Below are positions 6,903 through 10,035 of a stretch of 10,035 nt of DNA, one piece after another. How positions within the stretch are numbered: position 1 is the stretch's first letter; every line of letters starts with the position of its first letter. Origin of the DNA: Candidatus Latescibacterota bacterium (GTDB lineage: Bacteria > Latescibacterota > UBA2968 > UBA8231); the NCBI GenBank assembly GCA_965205655.1, contig CBDBIJ010000141.1:1-10035 (forward strand). The letters are read 5' to 3'. The notes under the pieces are model-generated. The model was not told the origin of the DNA. It did no database searches and saw only the letters and a list, made by a program, of their open reading frames with translations. Both the position numbers and the translations under genes were made by a program.

Positions 6903-6931
6903 TTTATACAAAGAACCTGCAAAATAGGCAA
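6903..6931 (-). promoter_or_regulatory. Putative sigma70-type promoter for the lipoprotein/secreted-protein operon
   Basis: TTGCCT (6931-6926), a 17-nt spacer, then TATAAA (6908-6903), in an AT-rich intergenic patch about 46 nt upstream of ATG 6856. Confidence 0.55.
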
Positions 6932-6994
6932 GTGGACGGGCAAATGGAGTTGGCGTCGCGGTAGGGGGGCTTACGAACGTGAGTAGATCGGGTA

Positions 6995-7489
6995 CTAATA
7001 GTCCGAATTTTGCGAGCCGCTCTCTTGTCTGTCGAAGCGAATTTTTCCGCTCGATGCGCGCATGAAGTACTCCTCCACCTTCACCTTGGACCGCGGAAAG
7101 TTCCGGCGGATCTCGTCGACGACGGCGCGGATCTGTTGCGGGTCTTCATCCAGGTCGAGCAGGAGCCGAGCGTAGAGGAACAGCAGGGCCTGCTTGTTGC
7201 GGTCGATTTCCAGCGACTTCTCGAAGTAGGCCCGCGCCTCCTGCAGCTTACCCTGTTCAGCAAGAGCCTTGCCCATGAGCAAGTTGGGCTCCGCTTCCTC
7301 CGGGTAGAGCTCGAACAGCACTGTTGCCAGATCGCGCAGAGATTCTCCCTGCAGCTCCGGCTTCCCCTTGGGATCAGGCCCGGCCGCCAGATGCGCGTAA
7401 GTGCTCGCCTGATGTCGCTCGAGCAGGGCGAGAGCCACACCTACCACGGCTACGTAGATGAGGAAACGGAGCGATTTGAAATATCGCAT
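6995..7489 (-). CDS. Membrane-anchored tetratricopeptide-repeat protein
   Basis: N-terminal hydrophobic helix (FLIYVAVVGVALALL) and a TPR consensus (PEEAEPNLLMGKALAEQGKLQEARAYFEKSLEID), followed by a second degenerate repeat. Confidence 0.8.
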   Translation of the reverse strand: MRYFKSLRFLIYVAVVGVALALLERHQASTYAHLAAGPDPKGKPELQGESLRDLATVLFELYPEEAEPNLLMGKALAEQGKLQEARAYFEKSLEIDRNKQALLFLYARLLLDLDEDPQQIRAVVDEIRRNFPRSKVKVEEYFMRASSGKIRFDRQESGSQNSDY

Positions 7490-7522
7490 GCTCGGCGCGC
7501 CGGTGCTCTGTTGAACAGAGCC

Positions 7523-8575
7523 CTACAGGCCCTCCTGGACCTCTTTCTTGCGAACCTTCCAAATAAAGGCGTCGTAGTAGTAGTGGAGCAGGGCGAAAGA
7601 CGACACGAGGGAGTAGCTGAACAGATCGAAATTCGTGTTGAATCCGACAACGCCGAATCCGAAATCACGTGTGTAGCCCTCTACGAGCGCGTGATACACC
7701 AGGGCGTAGGCGGCGCATAGCAGGACGAACGCCTTCAAGTTGCCGGGCTTGCCAAGATAGGCGAGGAAGGCGGATTCACCGCCCATGCGCGCGAGCTTGT
7801 TCTTCAGATAGAAATAGACCATGACGATGTACTGCATGCCGTGCATGATTCGATGAGCGACGGCAAAAACGAGTAGGAACGTCGTGTTGAAGCTCGTGTA
7901 GTACCACAGAAAGTAGCTGGAGAGCAAGAACAGATACTTGAGCGGGTTCAGAGTATAGCCCTGGCGGACACACCAGATCGCGTGGCCGGCGTATACGACG
8001 AGATAGGCGATCGCAATCGTCCACGAAATCCAGTGAACGAGGTGGACGGTTTCGGCGGCGATGGGGATGCGCCACTCGTGGAGCATACGGACCCAGATGA
8101 CCGACCACAAAGGAGAGACCACCAGCATGTTGACGAAAAAGATCCAGTTGAAGAGCAGGTCGAACTTGCCCGTGATCGCCGTCCCCGCCTTTGCCTTGAA
8201 ATCGTAGATGCGGGAGAATCCGTACTGCTGCATGAGGCTGTGCTGGTGATCCCACAGGGTGACGATGAGCACGAGACTCAGCGGCGCGTAGCGCATGGCG
8301 ACGTAGGCCAACAGAACGAGGACGACCGGCCCGACGATGAAGCGATCGCGCCAGCGATTGAACTCGACGGACGAACCGTATACGCGCAGCCAGGTGGCGA
8401 AATGATGCGGGACCGTGACCCAGACGGCGATGGCTGCGAGGGCCGCTCCGGGCAGGTACTCGTCTGACAAAAGGCCCGCGAACACGGCCACAAATGGCAG
8501 CGTCAGGAACCAGATCCAGTCAGTCCTGCGATCGATTATATAGGCGTGCGTGAACGGGGCGGCGATGCTACTCAT
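7523..8575 (-). CDS. Uncharacterised polytopic membrane protein with His motifs
   Basis: 350 aa with about 9-10 hydrophobic segments. Motifs: TVPHHFATWLRVY, WDHQHSLMQQYGFSRIY, HRIMHGMQY, LLHYYYDAFIWK. Confidence 0.8.
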   Translation of the reverse strand: MSSIAAPFTHAYIIDRRTDWIWFLTLPFVAVFAGLLSDEYLPGAALAAIAVWVTVPHHFATWLRVYGSSVEFNRWRDRFIVGPVVLVLLAYVAMRYAPLSLVLIVTLWDHQHSLMQQYGFSRIYDFKAKAGTAITGKFDLLFNWIFFVNMLVVSPLWSVIWVRMLHEWRIPIAAETVHLVHWISWTIAIAYLVVYAGHAIWCVRQGYTLNPLKYLFLLSSYFLWYYTSFNTTFLLVFAVAHRIMHGMQYIVMVYFYLKNKLARMGGESAFLAYLGKPGNLKAFVLLCAAYALVYHALVEGYTRDFGFGVVGFNTNFDLFSYSLVSSFALLHYYYDAFIWKVRKKEVQEGL

Positions 8576-8620
8576 TTCGATTCCAGCTCTCAGGGCGCCC
8601 GAAGAGCGCGAGGGACATGA

Positions 8621-9565
8621 TCACAGCAGATGGACCCAGTTGTTGGGGTACCGGAGTCGTTCGTCCTCGATGAATTCGCGGTCGAGTGCGGCGACGACAT
8701 CTGCCGGCAGCGGCCCCGCTTCCACCGCAGCTGTGTTCGCCTCCAGCTCGGCGTGACTCGTAGTGCCGAAGAGGGTGACGTCGGCATCGGACTCGAAGGC
8801 GGCAAAACGGAGGGCAACCTCCGGCAAGTCGATGCCGACTTCCTCCGCCACTGCCGCCACGCTGCGGCCAACCTGGCGCAGATCGGCGAGCCGGTCAGGG
8901 AGTTTCTCGACCGCGGGCGACAGGACCCCTTGAAAGAACACGTTGCGCACCATCAAACCCATTCCGGTGTCATGACACCGTGGGATCACAGACCCGCCCT
9001 GGGTGCGATCGAGAATATTGAAGGCCAGCTGAATGGAGCGGAACGGCTCGCCGGTGTCGAGGACGTCGACAGACTGCTGCGGCCCGTAGGTCGTGGCAGC
9101 CCAATGCCTGACCATCCCGTTCTTGGCGAGCTCCTCCATCGTCTGCAGCAGGTCACCGGGAACTGTCGGTGGGGTTTGCGGCACGTACACCTGAACCAGG
9201 TCGAGGCACTCGGTCTTCAGGTTCCGCAAGCTGGTCGTAACCAGAGACGACAGGTGGTCTCGAAGAGCCAGTCCCTCGAGTGTCGGACTGTCCGGTCCCG
9301 AGAACATGTGCACCTTCGTCGCAACCACCGGTCGCGGTGATAGATCCGCCACAGCTTTGCCGACGATTTCCTCTGCGGGCCCGTACCCGGGTGCGGTGTC
9401 GATGAGGCTGATGCCGAGGTCGACGGCGCGCCGGATGAGCTCGACACACTCGTCTGAACTCGGAGGATCGGGCCGACCAGGTCCGTAGTTCTGTCCCAAC
9501 TGAACGGTTCCAAACCCGAGTTGGGACACCTGCAGGTCAGTGGTACCCAGGTTTCGGTATCTCAT
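8621..9565 (-). CDS. Aldo/keto reductase family oxidoreductase (314 aa)
   Basis: Classic AKR start MRYRNLGTTDLQVSQLGFG, plus AVDLGISLIDTAPGYGPAEEIVGKA, VVATK, SLRNLKTECLDL, QLAFNILDR, GVL, VALRF and ELEAN. ATG 9565 is preferred because ATG 9631 overlaps the upstream gene. Confidence 0.92.
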   Translation of the reverse strand: MRYRNLGTTDLQVSQLGFGTVQLGQNYGPGRPDPPSSDECVELIRRAVDLGISLIDTAPGYGPAEEIVGKAVADLSPRPVVATKVHMFSGPDSPTLEGLALRDHLSSLVTTSLRNLKTECLDLVQVYVPQTPPTVPGDLLQTMEELAKNGMVRHWAATTYGPQQSVDVLDTGEPFRSIQLAFNILDRTQGGSVIPRCHDTGMGLMVRNVFFQGVLSPAVEKLPDRLADLRQVGRSVAAVAEEVGIDLPEVALRFAAFESDADVTLFGTTSHAELEANTAAVEAGPLPADVVAALDREFIEDERLRYPNNWVHLL

Positions 9566-9596
9566 TTGCCCATAATCAGCTGTTGGGTCATCAAAG

Positions 9597-10035
9597 CTAT
9601 CGCATCTGCGATGCAACTTCGACAGCCTCACCCATCAGGTCCAGAGCTTTTCCGAGTCGGTCGAGCTCCTCGAATCCGTAGGAGATCCTCAGCTGTCTGC
9701 CGCCGACGTCGACGAGATCACCACGCGCGTGGACGCAGAGCACTCCCGGGATGTAGGCGACCCGCGGTCTGCGACTGTCTTTGGGGCCATCGATCCGCTC
9801 ATCCCCCGTGGTCCGGGACAGACATCGGAAGAAGGTTGAACAGGGCCCGGTCTCGATTCCGTCCAAACTGAGGTAGTAGTAGAATCCCGCCTGGCCCCCG
9901 CGCCGCTCAGCGACAGCGCTTCCCAGCTTTTCATCGATCCACTGTCCCACCATGAGCGCCTTGTCGCGATAGCCTCGATTCACCTCCTCCACCTGGGTCG
10001 TGGCGCAATGGTCGAGTAGGTAGGAGGCGATCTCC
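9597..10035 (-). CDS. C-terminal part of a PLP-dependent aminotransferase, class I/II fold (starts outside the window)
   Basis: Frame is open to the window edge ([26 protein letters not shown]...). Small-domain motifs [19 protein letters not shown] and QLRISYG are followed by a terminal helix. The catalytic Lys is not in view. Confidence 0.72.
   Translation of the reverse strand, partial: EIASYLLDHCATTQVEEVNRGYRDKALMVGQWIDEKLGSAVAERRGGQAGFYYYLSLDGIETGPCSTFFRCLSRTTGDERIDGPKDSRRPRVAYIPGVLCVHARGDLVDVGGRQLRISYGFEELDRLGKALDLMGEAVEVASQMR

Noticed and set aside
6501..6911. 136-aa minus-strand ORF, and the 6637 upstream extension of the 6161 ORF
   Set aside because: Ser/Arg/Thr-rich off-frame readings over the lipoprotein gene; the RBS-supported starts are 6856 and 6457.
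1..10035. CRISPR array, tRNA (including tRNA-Sec) or rRNA
   Set aside because: No regularly spaced repeats or tRNA/rRNA signatures were seen by eye.

Overview
GC-rich bacterial window, mostly coding on the minus strand. Main result: two ORF-track entries (1560..1853 and 210..1460) are one 547-aa selenoprotein gene. An in-frame TGA at 1560-1562 sits in a U-S-T-C (UxxC) motif and is followed directly by a bacterial SECIS-like hairpin with a GGUC loop. The product is a UGSC-type Sec domain fused to a large Cys-free domain of unknown function. Upstream, a TauD/TfdA-family Fe(II)/2OG dioxygenase gene is split by a complete IS30-family element (2624..3870; 26-bp IRs, 2-bp GC target duplication), and removing the element restores the frame exactly. 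The IS has a 17-bp tandem duplication at its right end and a hairpin over the transposase RBS. Also present: a MATE transporter with no canonical start at its apparent N-terminus; a small two-gene exported-protein operon in which each gene has one single-base frameshift; and the 3' part of an operon encoding a PLP aminotransferase, an aldo/keto reductase with His->Tyr at a catalytic position, a His-motif membrane protein and a TPR protein. All family assignments are from recalled motifs; no searches were run.
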